Of a stretch of 64,000 bases of DNA, positions 40,886-55,757 are shown in pieces. Numbering within the stretch: position 1 is the first letter of the stretch; every line of letters starts with the position of its first letter. The translations under genes and the position numbers were made by a program. The notes beneath the pieces are model-generated. The model searched no databases. It was not told the DNA's origin and was given only the letters and a program-made list of their open reading frames with translations. The DNA comes from Eledone cirrhosa (Eukaryota): the NCBI GenBank assembly GCA_964016885.1, contig OZ024743.1:59830001-59894000 (forward strand). The letters run 5' to 3'.

Positions 40886-41413
40886 TCATACCGACTTCTA
40901 AATAATGAACAGGAGAAATGCCAGTACGCACCTTTGGCGGGTCCGATTCCAGATTGAATGGTTTCGATTTAGCAGATATTTCTCCGAACAGAAATGCTTG
41001 GGCCTTCTTAATTCGACACTAGGGCAGCAAGAACAGACCATCACATCCCATATTCCTGAAAAACATTCCACAGCAGGCCCAGAAGAGCGTTGACAAAATA
41101 AAAGAATATTCCTCTTGCCAATAATCCCTCTATTTTTCGAATAAATGCAGTATTGCAGTGTGAATATTTGGTTGTCTGTGTTGCCTCCGAGACGAGAACC
41201 GCACTTTACATCAGCTAGCTAGGACCGAGCAATTTCCCTGCATCTCTTTGCCAGACACTTATTATAGGCTTTACCAAATCAATGTTAATCGGGAATGATA
41301 ATCCAAATTTTCAAAAAGAGAGACAAAAGAGATTGTTCCAATTACAGATGGGTCTCCTCGTCTGTCAGCATGAATATATAAATATAACAACAACAATTAA
41401 ACAATAATAATGC

Positions 41414-42620
41414 CTAGTGCGACCGGTGGAAATTCCCCCGAACGAAAAACAATTAAAAGGAGCTATTTAAGAAAGAACGGATCATCTGCGTTTTTAAATT
41501 ATATATATGTTATTGTTGCTTGTGCAATAACTGATACAAGAATATACAGTGACAATTTATACAACACTTAATATATATAGCATTCGTTAGATTTAATTGT
41601 ATTGAAACTGCAAGATCAATATATAATTGCATATTCTTTATTACGCAATATTTTATCAGGATTAGTTTACATAATATACAATTATTTTAAACAAAACCTT
41701 ATAGAGAATATGCAGAATATTTACATTCACCTGATTAGTGTCAATTCCTTTACAAATTACAACGCATTTACTATGCTCAGATATATCTTAATATCTCATT
41801 GCATGCGATATTTCTTTATTAGAGGTTTATTAGCTTGCCACCTTTGCATATCAGTGTTGAATACATTAATTTTTACATTTGGCTGTCTGTGTTCTCTTGA
41901 GACAGCTACATATAATTGTCCATGGCTGAATACTGGCTGAGGAAGGAACATACCCACTTTATCATATGTTTGAACCTGGCTCTTGTTGAAAGTCATAGAA
42001 TACGACAGTCTTAATGGAAACTGGTTACCTTCCAAAGTAAAAGGGAAGCTGGGATCTCTGGGGACTAACTTTAGTCTTGGGATCAAAATACGTCGGCCCA
42101 TCAAAGGACACTTGATATGAGAAGCATCGATGGAATGTTGATGCAATCCCATTACTTCCAATCTTGTACCGTTGTATAAGCCGTTCTGCATTGAAATATT
42201 CCGTAGAAGCATTAGTATTAATCCTGCTTTTAACTGGAGTTAGCGAGGCGGCATCACCGAAGGGGTGAATGAGTTTAGAAATTCAGTAGAATATCTGTCA
42301 GCTTCTGAAGGGTCATCCGTAATCACTCTATCAGTATTATGATAAGTATGGCTGTTACCACGTAGTTGTCTGAGAACCTATTCGTTGGTAAATAAGCAAT
42401 CAGCATTATTTGGAGATAAAATTACTCGTGTTCTTTTCTGATGTTGCGTTGTATCGTTGAAAGTTTGTTTCATCAAAAAATAATTTACACATGAGAATCG
42501 AGTCACCTCAACATCATCTTCATTAATATTTAGTTCTTCAATTTGTGATGTTGGTTCATTGCCAAGATGTAGTAGCCTTTAGGTACGCAACTGGTCGGTA
42601 ATTTGCAGCCTCATTTCCCT
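41414..42620 (-). mobile_element. Helitron 3' fragment (Pif1-like helicase pseudogene + terminal hairpin/CTAG)
   Basis: MLLRN..GLYNGTRL, IPRL, QFPLRLSYSMTFNKSQ, VFSHGQLYVAVSR. The minus-strand end reads CGGGGGAATTTCCACCG (hairpin) then CTAG (41414-41417). Confidence 0.88.
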
Positions 42621-42907
42621 TCACTTTCTCCTACACTATAAAGACTGGCCGAATCTTGATCATCTAATTTGGGACTTCTCCTAGCCACAAGCCCTTGTTC
42701 AAGTGCTTGACTGTCCTATCATGCATGCTGCTCATTATCTTGTCCAAGAATCATTGGGGGCCGTCAGAACCAAGTGCCTCCCATATTGCCATTCCTGTAA
42801 CAAATTGTTTGACATCATTAGAGTAAATGCTGATGTTATCTTCTTTCACATTCTTGTTTAGTTGTTCATCACTTTGAAGCGAATTTGTCTCATTATTATG
42901 AGAAGAA

Positions 42908-43123
42908 GGGGTGCGGTGGATTGGCAGTATCGCTAGAGCATCGAACACCATGCTTCGCAGCTACGTCCTTTTACCTTCTAAGTTCAAATATCGCCAAGGT
43001 TAGATTCGTCTATCATCGTTACGGGGTCGATAAAATAAAGCTCCAGTAAGGCATTGGCATCGATTTAATCGACCTTTCCTCTCCTCCAAAATTGCTGGCC
43101 TGATGCTTAAAAAAAACATTATT
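42908..43123 (+). mobile_element. tRNA-derived SINE
   Basis: TGGCAGTATCG, AGTTCAAAT, CGGGGTCGATAAAATAAAG. Confidence 0.8.
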
Positions 43124-43139
43124 ATGAGCAGACTGTATT

Positions 43140-44150
43140 CCCCAGATATTGTTTCAACCTTCAGTCACCTGATCTGAGTCACGAAGCACGTTCTCCGTTT
43201 TGCATTAACCATCAAGTTATTTATAAAACTGAGAAGGGTTTCAGCGGAAAATTTTATTTTGATAGAATTGCTGTTGTTGATTTTCCAGGTTACACATTTT
43301 CTGACTGCCACTTTACTTTTGTCTAAAATTGAGTTATCACGCCGATATAGCCTACAGCTTTAAGATCATATTTTTTTGTTCAATGCCACTATTTCCTTAG
43401 AGGGCAGATTGTGATTGCCCTCTATAAATTCTTCCAGGAGACTAAAATATTTTTTCCAGTCAATGATTTTTTTCTTATGTCTACGTTTCCAGAAGAGTGT
43501 TTCTATTTTTTCCCCATTTGCCAAATTTGGGGGCCTTAACTCTCAGTCTTTCGGCAACTAATAATGTTGCACATGTAAGCAGCTTATGTGTTTCAGGAAT
43601 GTCATTGGCTTTTACAATACAAATGATATTGTTGACTCAACTTATCTCATTTGACGACTTTTATGAGCGGATTCCCCTGTGGTAAGTCGACCTGATAGAC
43701 ATCTCTTAACCCTGCAAATAAATTCCTCTCGTGTTCATTCAGCACTTTGATGCTATCATTTTCATTATCAATGTCTACGCTCTGCATTTTCCCCATAGGT
43801 TCGGCTGGATGACATGGCATGATAGCTCCTATTTCCTCAACTCCAATGATGTTTTCTTTAATAGTAGGATTTAGAGAGTCGTTAGCCGAGTCCCCCTCTT
43901 CCAGATATTTGTTCCCTTTATTATTCAAATCCTCAGCATCTGCTTCTTCGTGGAGTATGCGACGAATATCTACTAGTCTTACTTTGGGCTATATGTTCAG
44001 CCAGCCTTTGAGAAGAAAGTTCTCTCATCCATTTTCATCCACAATTAGTATTCTTTTTCCGAACATGTATTCTTTTTTTCCGATGGATTACTCCTAACAT
44101 AACATTCCCATAATACCTTATTTTTATTGGTGTATACAAATGTGAGAAAA
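43140..44150 (-). pseudogene. Decayed N-terminal region of an R4/Dong-type element
   Basis: Manual translation gives QRLAE, ETHKLLTCATLLVAERLRVK, WKRR..I and QFYQNKIF..N..QFY, which parallel ORF 30802-31542. Confidence 0.5.
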
Positions 44151-45151
44151 AGATACTGAAGACATGGTGCAGATTTTAGATGTGTGAATCAGATGATCTA
44201 CGCATGTAAACTTTCAATAGAAAATATATACACACTGCAGCTAATATCTTCAATTATAATTCCACTCTGAATCAATGTACGATAGTCTCATTATTCGTAT
44301 CTTATTTCAAAATTATTTTCTTGACAATAGACCATCTTTTATAGATGAGGTCTGACATCACTGAAACATGATCAAAGATATCACCGCACACACACAGATG
44401 AGGCTCACTTCACAATTCATTGCATATTCAATTAAATGTATTTCTAATTGCATCGTTGTCCGAATTTCTCACTTTCAAAACACTTTGTCCTGATCATGAC
44501 TAATGATATGAATTGAAATATATTGAAAAAACGTCACTGACAGGCACCCATACACTAGCACGTATATTATTGAACAGCTTACACGAGGAGGATATTCTTG
44601 TGCATTTCTACATTCCTTATTAACAAAGTGTAATACATACATTTATCACGCTGTCATGAAATATATTATTATCTGTGAGCATTTGTTCGGTCCTGACTCG
44701 TATATATATCATGCATCAATGATTGATAACCCATGAATTTGACCCTGAGAGGAGCAAGACAGAGCAATCGACAATATATACACCTCTCTCTTCTCTCTGC
44801 CAAAGATTTTGTTGAAGGAAAGTAAAGGTTGATACACCTTGGCATTTGATTATTCACCGAAACTACTTTTTTCCACATGAACAGAAGCAGTATAAAATAA
44901 TGTCCTGCCCTTGGATAAAATGCGCCATCTTATCCTGGAATCGAACTTATGATCATGATTGTAGCAAGTTCAAAAGAATGGCACACATCTCGCTTCGTCA
45001 CTAAACATTAAAAAGGCAATGTAATACGGGTTTTTTCGATTTTCGAAAAAATATATTAATGTCGGCCTATGTCTAAAGTAATGTATTTAGATTAACCATA
45101 GTGATTACGTAATATTGTGCATATATATATATATATGTATATGTATATATC

Positions 45152-45421
45152 CCTAAAGTCAGCTCAATGTGACACAGAGGAGACTGAGGTTAGCTGGACA
45201 TGCTCACCGACATCCAGAGTTGACATTGCATTCAGTGCTCCTGTGGGAGCCCCTATATGGACACACTGGAAGAGGAAGACTAGGAAAACTAGGTTGACGT
45301 ATGTTGATGCCCTAAGGACAGACACTGGTCTGTTGGAGACGCAGGACATGGCAGCGATAATGAGGGACAGAGACCGCTGGAGAGAACTCGTCCATGGATC
45401 TCGGGAATTTTACCGCCCTAG
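45152..45421 (+). pseudogene. RTE-type LINE extreme 3' fragment between microsatellites
   Basis: RLTYVDALRTDTGL..MAAIMRDRDRWRELV, a typical RTE C-terminus. Confidence 0.65.
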
Positions 45422-45422
45422 A

Positions 45423-45503
<81 letters not shown>

Positions 45504-46851
45504 TATGCAGGATATCCGTAGAAAAAAAAGCTCTCGGAAAACAATACTTAATCTATTGAAAAAGTACTTATTTGTTATATACAGGTTCATACAGTTAACA
45601 ACGATGCACGATTTTAAGTTTCGGGGTGCAGTTATGGCCACCACTGCGTAGTAGAGGAGCGTCTTCAAAACCACCCTCTCATGGGGCGGTCAGAAGAAAG
45701 TACGAACTGAAACCCCTTTAACCAACTATATTTTATTTTAAACATTGTAGGGAATGTCGCAATTCGAGATCACAGGAGTTAATTTCGGGATGTTTAATCT
45801 CTCAGTTTTAATTTAATTGTGTGTAAAATGCATGTGGATTATTTGCGGTCTAAGTATCTAAAATAACTTAACCCCTAAGAAATAGATTGTCACCAATAGA
45901 GATCGTAAAATGCTTACTTTGGGGGAATCAAGTGTGGCAAATTTGAATCGTGCAAAGACTCTTCTTAATCTGGCTTGTCAGATATATTTAAAATATTTAA
46001 AATATTCAAGCTACCTGATAAATTGCCAACTACAATATGAATATTCAATTTTTTCTTTTTTTAAATTGTTGATTGTATGTGTGATCTTTAGGGTGCAATA
46101 TAATACTAAATCCTCTTACAATAGATATTTTTTAGTGCGGATGAGATGTTTTTCAAATTTTAGTGTGTGGTAGCTGGAAAAGACGAATAGGGTCCCGAAA
46201 CTTAACGTCGCACCTACACGTTAAGTGTGTGAAACTTTGTTCATGTTATATCTTATTTATATAAAAGTGGATTCTTTAGGACTAGAAGTGTTTTATTCCT
46301 ACGAAATCATCGGCAATGTATTAACAATTCCATACGAATGAAACTGTTCTGGTCCCCTAAAATTCATTTCTATGTAAAATAAAGATGTATGGTGTAGCAT
46401 TTTTAATTGTGTTCACCTCCTGATTGTCTTCGACAAGGTACCAATATCTATATCTCTCTCCATTTATTTATTTATTTAAAACGCCAAACAGCCCGTCTGG
46501 AAATTCTCCCTTTTAACGTTGCAAAAATTGCTATATGTATTTCAATGGCCTGGTTACGTAAGACGCTGGCAACATCATCAGGTTTGGATTGCATAATTGT
46601 TTAATCAACAGAATAAACGGAATGACCAATTCTAGTCATTGTGAACGGCACAGCATAAATGTCCACACACACATATATATACACACACACACATATATAT
46701 ATATGTATATATATACATATAAATATATGTTGCAGGATATTTCCGTCATTTCCAATATGTTCAAACATTGTGCAATGACATATTTGTTGTATATATATGC
46801 ATGAGTAGGAACACACAGACACAAACACACACCCAGACACACACGCACACG

Positions 46852-46914
<63 letters not shown>

Positions 46915-47085
46915 GGATTAACAAATAATAGTTAAATGCAGTCCACTTAGGTGAAGTCCAGTTATGGTATTCCAGGTAGTGGATGATACTAACGCTTGGC
47001 TTGGTTTGACTCAACAAGGCGTTTTCATAGGGACGCTGCGGGTATGCTGTAATTCCTATGTTGTAAACACTTGGAGTAATAATAA

Positions 47086-48109
47086 ATCAGGAAAGAAGGT
47101 TTACATGGTTTGCTATACAAAAAAGTTTTTAATCACATAGCTTACATTTGTTTCACTGAACTGGTATGTCTAGAGATCGCTATCCGCTTAATTTTGCGTT
47201 ACTCGATCGCCAATACAGAATTATAACCAGTCAGATCTTCGGAGCATGCGAGAATGAAGAAAATACACAGGCAAGAAAAGAAAAGAAAATATGGAGTAGT
47301 TATGGCATTCAATTAGAACAATAACAACAATTACAACAATGCTATCAATAAACTATTTAAGGAGACCCTGACATTACTTAGGTGGTGGGTATATAATGTA
47401 TCTAATGTTACAGCGTGAAAACCAGCTGTCATAAGGCAAAAAGTATCGTAGTGTGTATCAATTTTAAATTATAAAGATAAGCTAGTTTTTACAGTCTTTC
47501 TCTTCATCTTCAACAGTATACATGAGTGGGACCACTGTCAAAGCTCCCTCGCCAGAAAAATATGGGAATTGAAGGACAGCAACACTAGCTACACTATCAA
47601 CTGGTCGAAGTTGTCGGCTGCTAAAACCTATAGTACAGGGATGTCCTATTGCGGGCTGTGTGATCTTGAGCTATTGTATATCCTTAGAAATGTTAAAAGG
47701 CTACTTAATAATAAGTTAGAAAGATCTATCTTCTGCAGACATAGAATAGCCACTAAATTCATAAGATTCAAACCTCCGTGAATCGAACCAACATAACATA
47801 GCTTTAAATTAGGATACCTACTACCCACAGAAATATATTCATTAAGTATACTATTTCCTTCACAAATCTATACCACACAATTGTCTGTAAGTACCTCATC
47901 TACCAACAATCTTACTCCTTCTCAGCTGCTGCAATCATTTGATCCTAGATCCTAGTTTTTCTCATGTCACTACTACAATGTTACTTTACCCTCTTTTTGC
48001 CATAATTACAATTAGCACGCTTTTCTCTTTGCATGTATGTATATTTTTGTACGAATGTATATTGATGTGTATGTATGTGTCTATGTACACATATATGTGT
48101 ATATATATT

Positions 48110-48141
<32 letters not shown>

Positions 48142-48657
48142 CGTAGATATATGCGTATATTAATTCGTTAACCTCTGTATTAACTCTACAACTATTGAGC
48201 TTTGACAGTGATCCCACTCATGTATACTGTTGAAGATGAAGAGAAAGACTGTAAAAACTAGCTTATCTTTATAATTTAAAATTGATACACACTACGATAC
48301 TTTTTGCCTTATGACAGCTGGTTTTCACGCCGTAACATTAGATACATTATATACCCCCCACCTAAGTAATGTCAGGGTCTCCTTAAATAGTTTATTGATA
48401 GCATTGTTGTAATTGTTGTTATTGTTCTAATTGAATGCCATAACTACTCCATATTTTCTTTTCTTTTCTTGCCTGTGTATTTTCTTCATTCTCGCATGCT
48501 CCGAAGATCTGACTGGTTATAATTCTGTATTGGCGATCGAGTAACGCAAAATTAAGCGGATAGCGATCTCTAGACATACCAGTTCAGTGAAACAAATGTA
48601 AGCTATGTGATTAAAAACTTTTTTGTATAGCAAACCATGTAAACCTTCTTTCCTGAT
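47086..48657 (+). mobile_element. Penelope-like element family G: inverted 5' pLTR + GIY-YIG C-terminus + 3' pLTR
   Basis: 461-bp near-perfect inverted repeats 47086-47546 / 48197-48657. Between them lies LARKIWELK..INWS..YCGLCDLE..LNNKLE..FCRH (47547-47781). Confidence 0.88.
48495..48607 (+). ncRNA. Type I hammerhead variant with CCGAAGA core and ~80-nt stem II (mirror copy 47136-47248, - strand)
   Basis: CATGCT-CCGAAGA-TCTGACTGGT...ACCAGTTCAGT-GAAA-CAAATG-TA-AGCTATG, with nested GATCG/CGATC and CGC/GCG pairs. Confidence 0.62.
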
Positions 48658-48795
48658 ATATATTTATATATATGTGTGTGTGTGTGTCTGTGTACATATA
48701 TACAAACACACCTGTATATATTTATATATATATATATATAAACATATATACATAAATACATACATATCTACATAAATATTTTTTTACATATTTAT

Positions 48796-48910
48796 TACAT
48801 AAAACATCCATAGGTATCTTATTAGATGTCTATATCTGAATTAACAACAATATACATAAAACATCCATTGGTATCTTATTAGATGTCTACTTCTGAGTTA
48901 ACGACAATAC
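48796..48910. repeat. 57-bp tandem duplication
   Basis: TACATAAAACATCCAT.GGTATCTTATTAGATGTCTA..TCTGA.TTAAC.ACAATA occurs twice. Confidence 0.85.
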
Positions 48911-49493
48911 GCATATATCCTTGAAAACCCTATTGACAGAACAAAAAGAAGGAAAGACAAAGAAAACTTTGCTTTGTAAAATACCTGCCAGTCACATACC
49001 ACATCTATCGATAGTTGATAGGAGAGTAAATAAAACAAATATAACAACAAAGGCATCAACGCAATGTTTATTAGAAAAATGAACAAAAATAATTGGATTT
49101 TCAAACAATTGCTGAGAAAGAATGAAAATATAAAAGTTAAGGAATTTAATATTTTCTAAATCATTATATATTATCCTAAATGTTAATTATAGGAACGAAA
49201 AAAGAAATATTGCATTTTTTAGATATTCAGATTGTCTTCAGCAGAGAAAGTATATTGATCAATTTTGGTAGTGGGAGTTGCTAGGTAACAACGAACTTGC
49301 GGTTAAAGCAGAAACTTAGTAGCAAAATAATAAAATAAAAGCATACCGTATGTTTGATACAATGAGTAAACACATGTATAACCCACTAACATACACACCC
49401 ATGAGCACCTCTTCCCCATTTAAACACACACACAAATATATATATATATATATGTGTGTGTGCGTGTGTGTATGTATCGATATATATATATAC

Positions 49494-49541
<48 letters not shown>

Positions 49542-49550
49542 GTATATATG

Positions 49551-49611
<61 letters not shown>

Positions 49612-49657
49612 GTATATATATATATGTGTGTGTATATATATATATATGTGTATATAC

Positions 49658-49708
<51 letters not shown>

Positions 49709-49709
49709 C

Positions 49710-49872
<163 letters not shown>

Positions 49873-50617
49873 AGGGAATTGTGATTGTAGCGAATAAAGA
49901 ATGAAAAAGAAAAACTCAACAGGGTGAACAATTGCAAGAACGAAAACCAAAATTGCATGCTTCACACGCAAAGATATATATATACATTGTTTGAGGGTAA
50001 AATGAGTTCTGTATGCGTGAGAGTGGAGTATTTGGGTGTTAAAGTATACAATGTTGACACATTTTTCTCATATATACACATCTATTTTATTTTAACAAAG
50101 AATCTTGTTATATTTGTTAAATTTGACAGACTCGATCAGCGTATTGTCTGTCAAATATGACTATATCTCGTTAAAGAATTTATGAGGCGATGAATTGTCA
50201 AATACGTTAGATGGTCAGTTTACAAGACTTGGTATTTTTCCATTCTCTCTTCTGTCGGGGTAGATAAATAAAGTACGAAGTTCCTGTGGATTGGCGAAAT
50301 CAGTAAATAATCGGTGATAAATTTTGGAATGTATTTCTGTTCTAATGCCGCTGCTAACTGCCAGAGATTTCGATCGACAGAATGTACCAGCAACGGAAAG
50401 ACCAATGGTACACGGTTTCCTAGATCCAATCAGACACAAAGCTTGTTTCCTTTCATTTTATAAAAAGTTAAAATGCCCGAAAAACATTTTAAAAGCTTCA
50501 AAAATAAACAAACATTGGGTATTGGAGCAAGTCATCTATTATATTTATTCCATATCTCTTATACATACATATCCCCACACACATACTCATCACACACATA
50601 TGTATATATATATACAT

Positions 50618-50667
<50 letters not shown>

Positions 50668-50753
50668 ATGAGTGTGTATTCATATATATGTATATATGTA
50701 CAGATTATAATATTAATAAAAGGTTGTATATATATTATATATATATATAAAAG

Positions 50754-50800
<47 letters not shown>

Positions 50801-50941
50801 GTATATATATATATATGTATATATATATGTATATATATATGTATATATATATATATGTATATTTATATATATATATATGTATATATATATATGTATATAT
50901 ATATATGTATATATATATATGTATATATATATATATGTATA

Positions 50942-51048
<107 letters not shown>

Positions 51049-51060
51049 ATGTATATAAAT

Positions 51061-51094
<34 letters not shown>

Positions 51095-51285
51095 ACATAT
51101 ATACATATACATATTTATATACATATACATATATACATATACAAATATACATATACATATATATATACATACACGTATATATGTATATATATATATATGT
51201 ATATTTATATATATATATATACATATATACAAATATATATATACATATACATTTTATATATACATGTATATATAGTTATATATAT

Positions 51286-51391
<106 letters not shown>

Positions 51392-51610
51392 ATATATATA
51401 TACATATATATATACATATAGAGCAAACAGCACGGACACACTATCTCAAAATTATTTTTGAAAAGCATTTAGAAATGCGCAACCGGTAAAAACTTAAAAA
51501 CTTAAAACCACAACTGAATACTAACCCATACAATCACTAATACTCTTTTATTCCTAATTAAACCATTTTTCAACTGTGAACAATTTGTCAGCATTTTCTA
51601 TTCCGTTTAC

Positions 51611-51651
<41 letters not shown>

Positions 51652-51801
51652 TATATAAATATATACATACATATACATAATAATATATATGTGTGTGTAT
51701 ATATGTATATATATGTATATATATATATATATATATACTCACACACACACACATATATATACGTGTCCGTGTGTGTGTTTGAGTGTATGTATAAATATCT
51801 A

Positions 51802-51901
<100 letters not shown>

Positions 51902-52329
51902 TAGATGTATAGATATATAGATATATATAGATATATTTATATATATATTCATTATATTAAGGTTAAACAGTGGGTCTTGTTACTCTGGAGTTTCGCCTGT
52001 TTACACATATTACGACTTCACAATCAAGTGAACAGATATGTTTGAACCAATTGATGTAAATCAAGGGAAACAAGAAAAAAAAGAATGTAAATAATAATAT
52101 TATACGTTATTGCCAACCATCAATCGTTTGTGTTATTTCTTCTGTGTTCTTCAATTTTCTTTTTCTAAAAGTTATAGCCGTTTTGGAGGAAAAGGAAAGC
52201 GTATGGAAACAGTGGTCTGTATTCCGAAGATTGATTACTCATCCTATTTTTCAAATCCACATGGATAAACAACATTACTGGCACACACACACACACGTTT
52301 ATTTATATATATATATATACATATATATA

Positions 52330-52360
<31 letters not shown>

Positions 52361-52542
52361 AACTGATAAACACACCCACACCCACACACACACATATGTA
52401 TATATCATTTTTCGTACTTCTCCATAGGGCCTGCTACATCGACATGAGGTTAAATCTTAACCCGACCCTTTACTATACATAGAGTATCCAGCTGTTTACG
52501 GCTACCTTTCTCGTTGAGAATACTATAGTTTTACAAAAACTG

Positions 52543-52608
<66 letters not shown>

Positions 52609-53164
52609 CCAACAGAGAAAAGGAAAAGTTTTCTTTTCACTTATATACGAGACATCACGATGATAAATATATCTGAAAATATTTAGAAACGAGATGCATA
52701 TAAACGTAGTCTATCTTATGCCCAAACTTATGTAAGAGTGGATACAGACCAAAATAACTATTACAAAAGAGTTTCGCTCACATAACAGCCTTAAATCCAG
52801 TTTGTAGAATTAAGAAACAATATTAATCATCTTAATAAGTTAAGGCAACCATAAATGGAAGAATGTTCCCTAATCAGGAGGGTTTGTAAGGAGATAAAAC
52901 ATAATATTCTTCAGGTAGTCTAATAAACAAAGTGATACGGACCATATTTTCTGTCGCAGAATAAGATAGATAAAACTATCTAGATCAGAGATTAGTGCTA
53001 TTTCTAGCGTCATTATGAGCACATCATGTTGCTTTAGAAATATACATATTCATCTTTGTGGTCGAAACAAGCGTATCCCTGGATAAACTACCATCCTTCT
53101 TCTTCTTCTTCTTCTTCTTCTTCTTCTTCTTCTTCTTCTTCTTCTTCTTCTTCTTCTTCAAATA

Positions 53165-54900
53165 CACCTTCTAGTGGGTCCTGTCAGAAGCAACCGTCTC
53201 CAACTGATCCGGCTGGATCACCAAGCGAGACCAGTCAAGCTCATGGATGATGGATGTTATCCTACCAACTTGCTGTCTATCCCAGGGTCTCCTTTCGGTT
53301 GGCGTTTGCCCGTTAAATCTGTCTAGCGATTCTTTCCTGAGACATCCTGACCGGATGCCCATATTATCGAAGCTGTGATCTCTCAATTCGGAGAAATAGT
53401 GACTCTAACTGGAGTGATTCTTTGATCTCCGAGTTACGCAATAAATCGTGTAAAGTTACTCCATAGACCCTTTGGAGGAAACCTATTTCATCCGCTTGTA
53501 TTCGCGATCGTATACGTAATTACAATTAATATCGAGTTTGGCTTTTACACCTACCTCCCTTCTGATTACCGAATGCTGAAGCTGCTCCATTATTGCACCA
53601 GCGCCTACACTTGCACTTAATTCAGCTCTTTACTTTCCATCACTCGGGAACAAGGCCCAGAGATACCTGATCTTCACCACCTGCTTCAGTTAGAGTGCAC
53701 TGCGCAGGCTTCCTTGTAAGGACAAGTGTCTCAGTTTTCGCAGTACTGATTTTTATTCCAGCCATGCAATTCTCGGCATCGAACCTTACAGGTGCAAGTC
53801 TGAGATTACAATTTATTGACATAAGTAACATCATATCGTCTGCAAATTCAAACCGACTTATTTTACACGCACTAGTCGTGATATCCTTTCGAATTCGGCT
53901 GCGCATGTCAATCCTGATCATGAAGATAATGAACAGTAGGGGTGAAAGTAGGTACGTTAGGTGGAGTCCGAATCCACCAATGTAGGCTTTCAATTCAGCA
54001 CCATTTATCTGACATCAATACTCGGGCATTCGTATAGAGACATCAAAGCCTCAAGAAGCTGATCATCTATCCCATGCTCCTGCACAACCTTCAACGGGAT
54101 GTCCCCAGGGACGCGGTCATATGCCTTTTTGAGTTCTACAAAATAAGAATATGCTACGATTTCTCGAAATCATGCAGCAGTGTAAATATCTGGTCGGCTC
54201 TGCTGCGTCCATGGCGAAAACTGCACTGTTTCTCAATTAGTTTGGACTCGAGAATCTACCTGCATCACTTTGACAGAAACTTAGAATAGACTTTTTGGTA
54301 GGCTTAACAAGGATATGTAATTGGTATTATCTCTCCCGATTGACATTGTTAAGATGCCTTTCCAGTGATCCTTGCAACACGGGACACACTTGTCCGCCAG
54401 AGAATACCCACATGTAGGGCCTAATTTCATATCCACCAGCGGTCTTGCCACATTTAGCTCTTTACTTGCTCTTGTGACCTCAGCCTTTGATAGATTAGTC
54501 ACTGCTACCAGACGCACCTCATGCATATCAGAAGATGCTACTTTGATAGGATTTAGGCGATCGACAACGTACTATTTCCATCTTGCAATAATGCATCTCT
54601 CTAAAGAGAGGAAAATCCTAGACGCGTTCTTGATAGCAGGTGTAAAGGAGGATTTTTTATTACGAAATCGGTGGATGGTCTGCCAGAACACTTCTTTCGC
54701 TTTAGGTAGTCTCCAGTTGGAAATATCTAGATGATGATCAGTTAACAGCTAAGGAACATCAAGCACAGGAATATCAAGCACAGAATCAAATAGTTCATTG
54801 AAAAAAAAAAAAAATCAATTATTTAACTCTGTCCCTGATTCCCCTTATACCATCTATATGTATGGATGTCTCTGTGCTAAAAGGTATTCATAATAGAGAG
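53165..54900 (-). mobile_element. Degenerate RTE-type LINE, 3' end next to a (TTC)n tract (53096-53159)
   Basis: LLSPLLFIIFM, RFEFADDMMLL, KISTAKTETLVL, NYISLLSLP. Confidence 0.75.
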
Positions 54901-54945
54901 GCCATTGCTAGATCAGAGGTCTAATAATTATTTTATGCTAACTAA

Positions 54946-55757
54946 TGAATTGGCAGTATCGGTAGAGGGTCGGACACCATGCTTTCCAGCATAGTTACGT
55001 CCCTTTACGGTCTGAGTTCAAATCCCGTCGAGGTTAACTTTGCCTTTCATCCTTATGGGGTCGATAACATAAAGTACCAGTAATGTACTGGATAATTGCT
55101 GGCCTTGTGCCAAAAAGTAGAAACAATTATTTTATTTTGTGGATTGGCAGTATCAGTAGAGGGTCCGATGCCATGCTTTGACGCATAGAATTACGGTCCT
55201 TGCCATTCTGAGTTCAAATCACGCCGAGGTTAACTTTTCCTTTCATCCTTATGGGGTCGATAAAATAAAATACCAGTCACGCACTGGGGTCGATTTAATC
55301 GACTTTCCCCGCCCCCGAAATTACTGGCATTGTGCCTATATAAGAAACCATTATTTTCTAGGTGAATTAAAGGGTGGTGGATTGGCAGTATCGTTAGAGG
55401 GTCGCACGCCATGGTTTGCAGCATGGAGTTACGGGCCTTTACGATCTGAGTTCAAATCCCGCCGAGGTTAAATTTTCCTTTCCTCCTTACGGGATCGATA
55501 GAATCAAGTACCAGTAATGCACTGGGATGATTGCTGGCCTTATGCCAAAAGTAGAAACAATTATTTTCTAGGTAAATTGGCAGTATCGGTAGAGGGTCGA
55601 ACGCCATGCTTTCCAGCATAGTTATGTCCCTTTACGGTCTGAGTTCAAATCCCGTCGAGGTTAGATTTGCCTTTCATCCTTACCGGGTCGATAAAATAAA
55701 GTACCAGTAATGCACTGCGTAATTGCTGGCCTTGTACCAAAAGTAGAAACAATTATT
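54946..55757 (+). mobile_element. Head-to-tail array of four tRNA-derived SINEs
   Basis: Four ~190-bp units, each with TGGCAGTATC (box A), GAGTTCAAATC (box B), TTTC.TCCTTA.GGG.TCGATA and an AGAAAC.ATTATT tail. Confidence 0.92.

Noticed and set aside
51975-52040. Minus-strand GAAA-CTCCAGAG-TA with a plausible stem II
   Set aside because: No CUGANGA-like strand or stem I partner is in the right position.
54946-55757. CRISPR-like or tRNA-gene array
   Set aside because: The units are ~190-bp SINEs with no unique spacers and no full cloverleaf, in a eukaryotic context.
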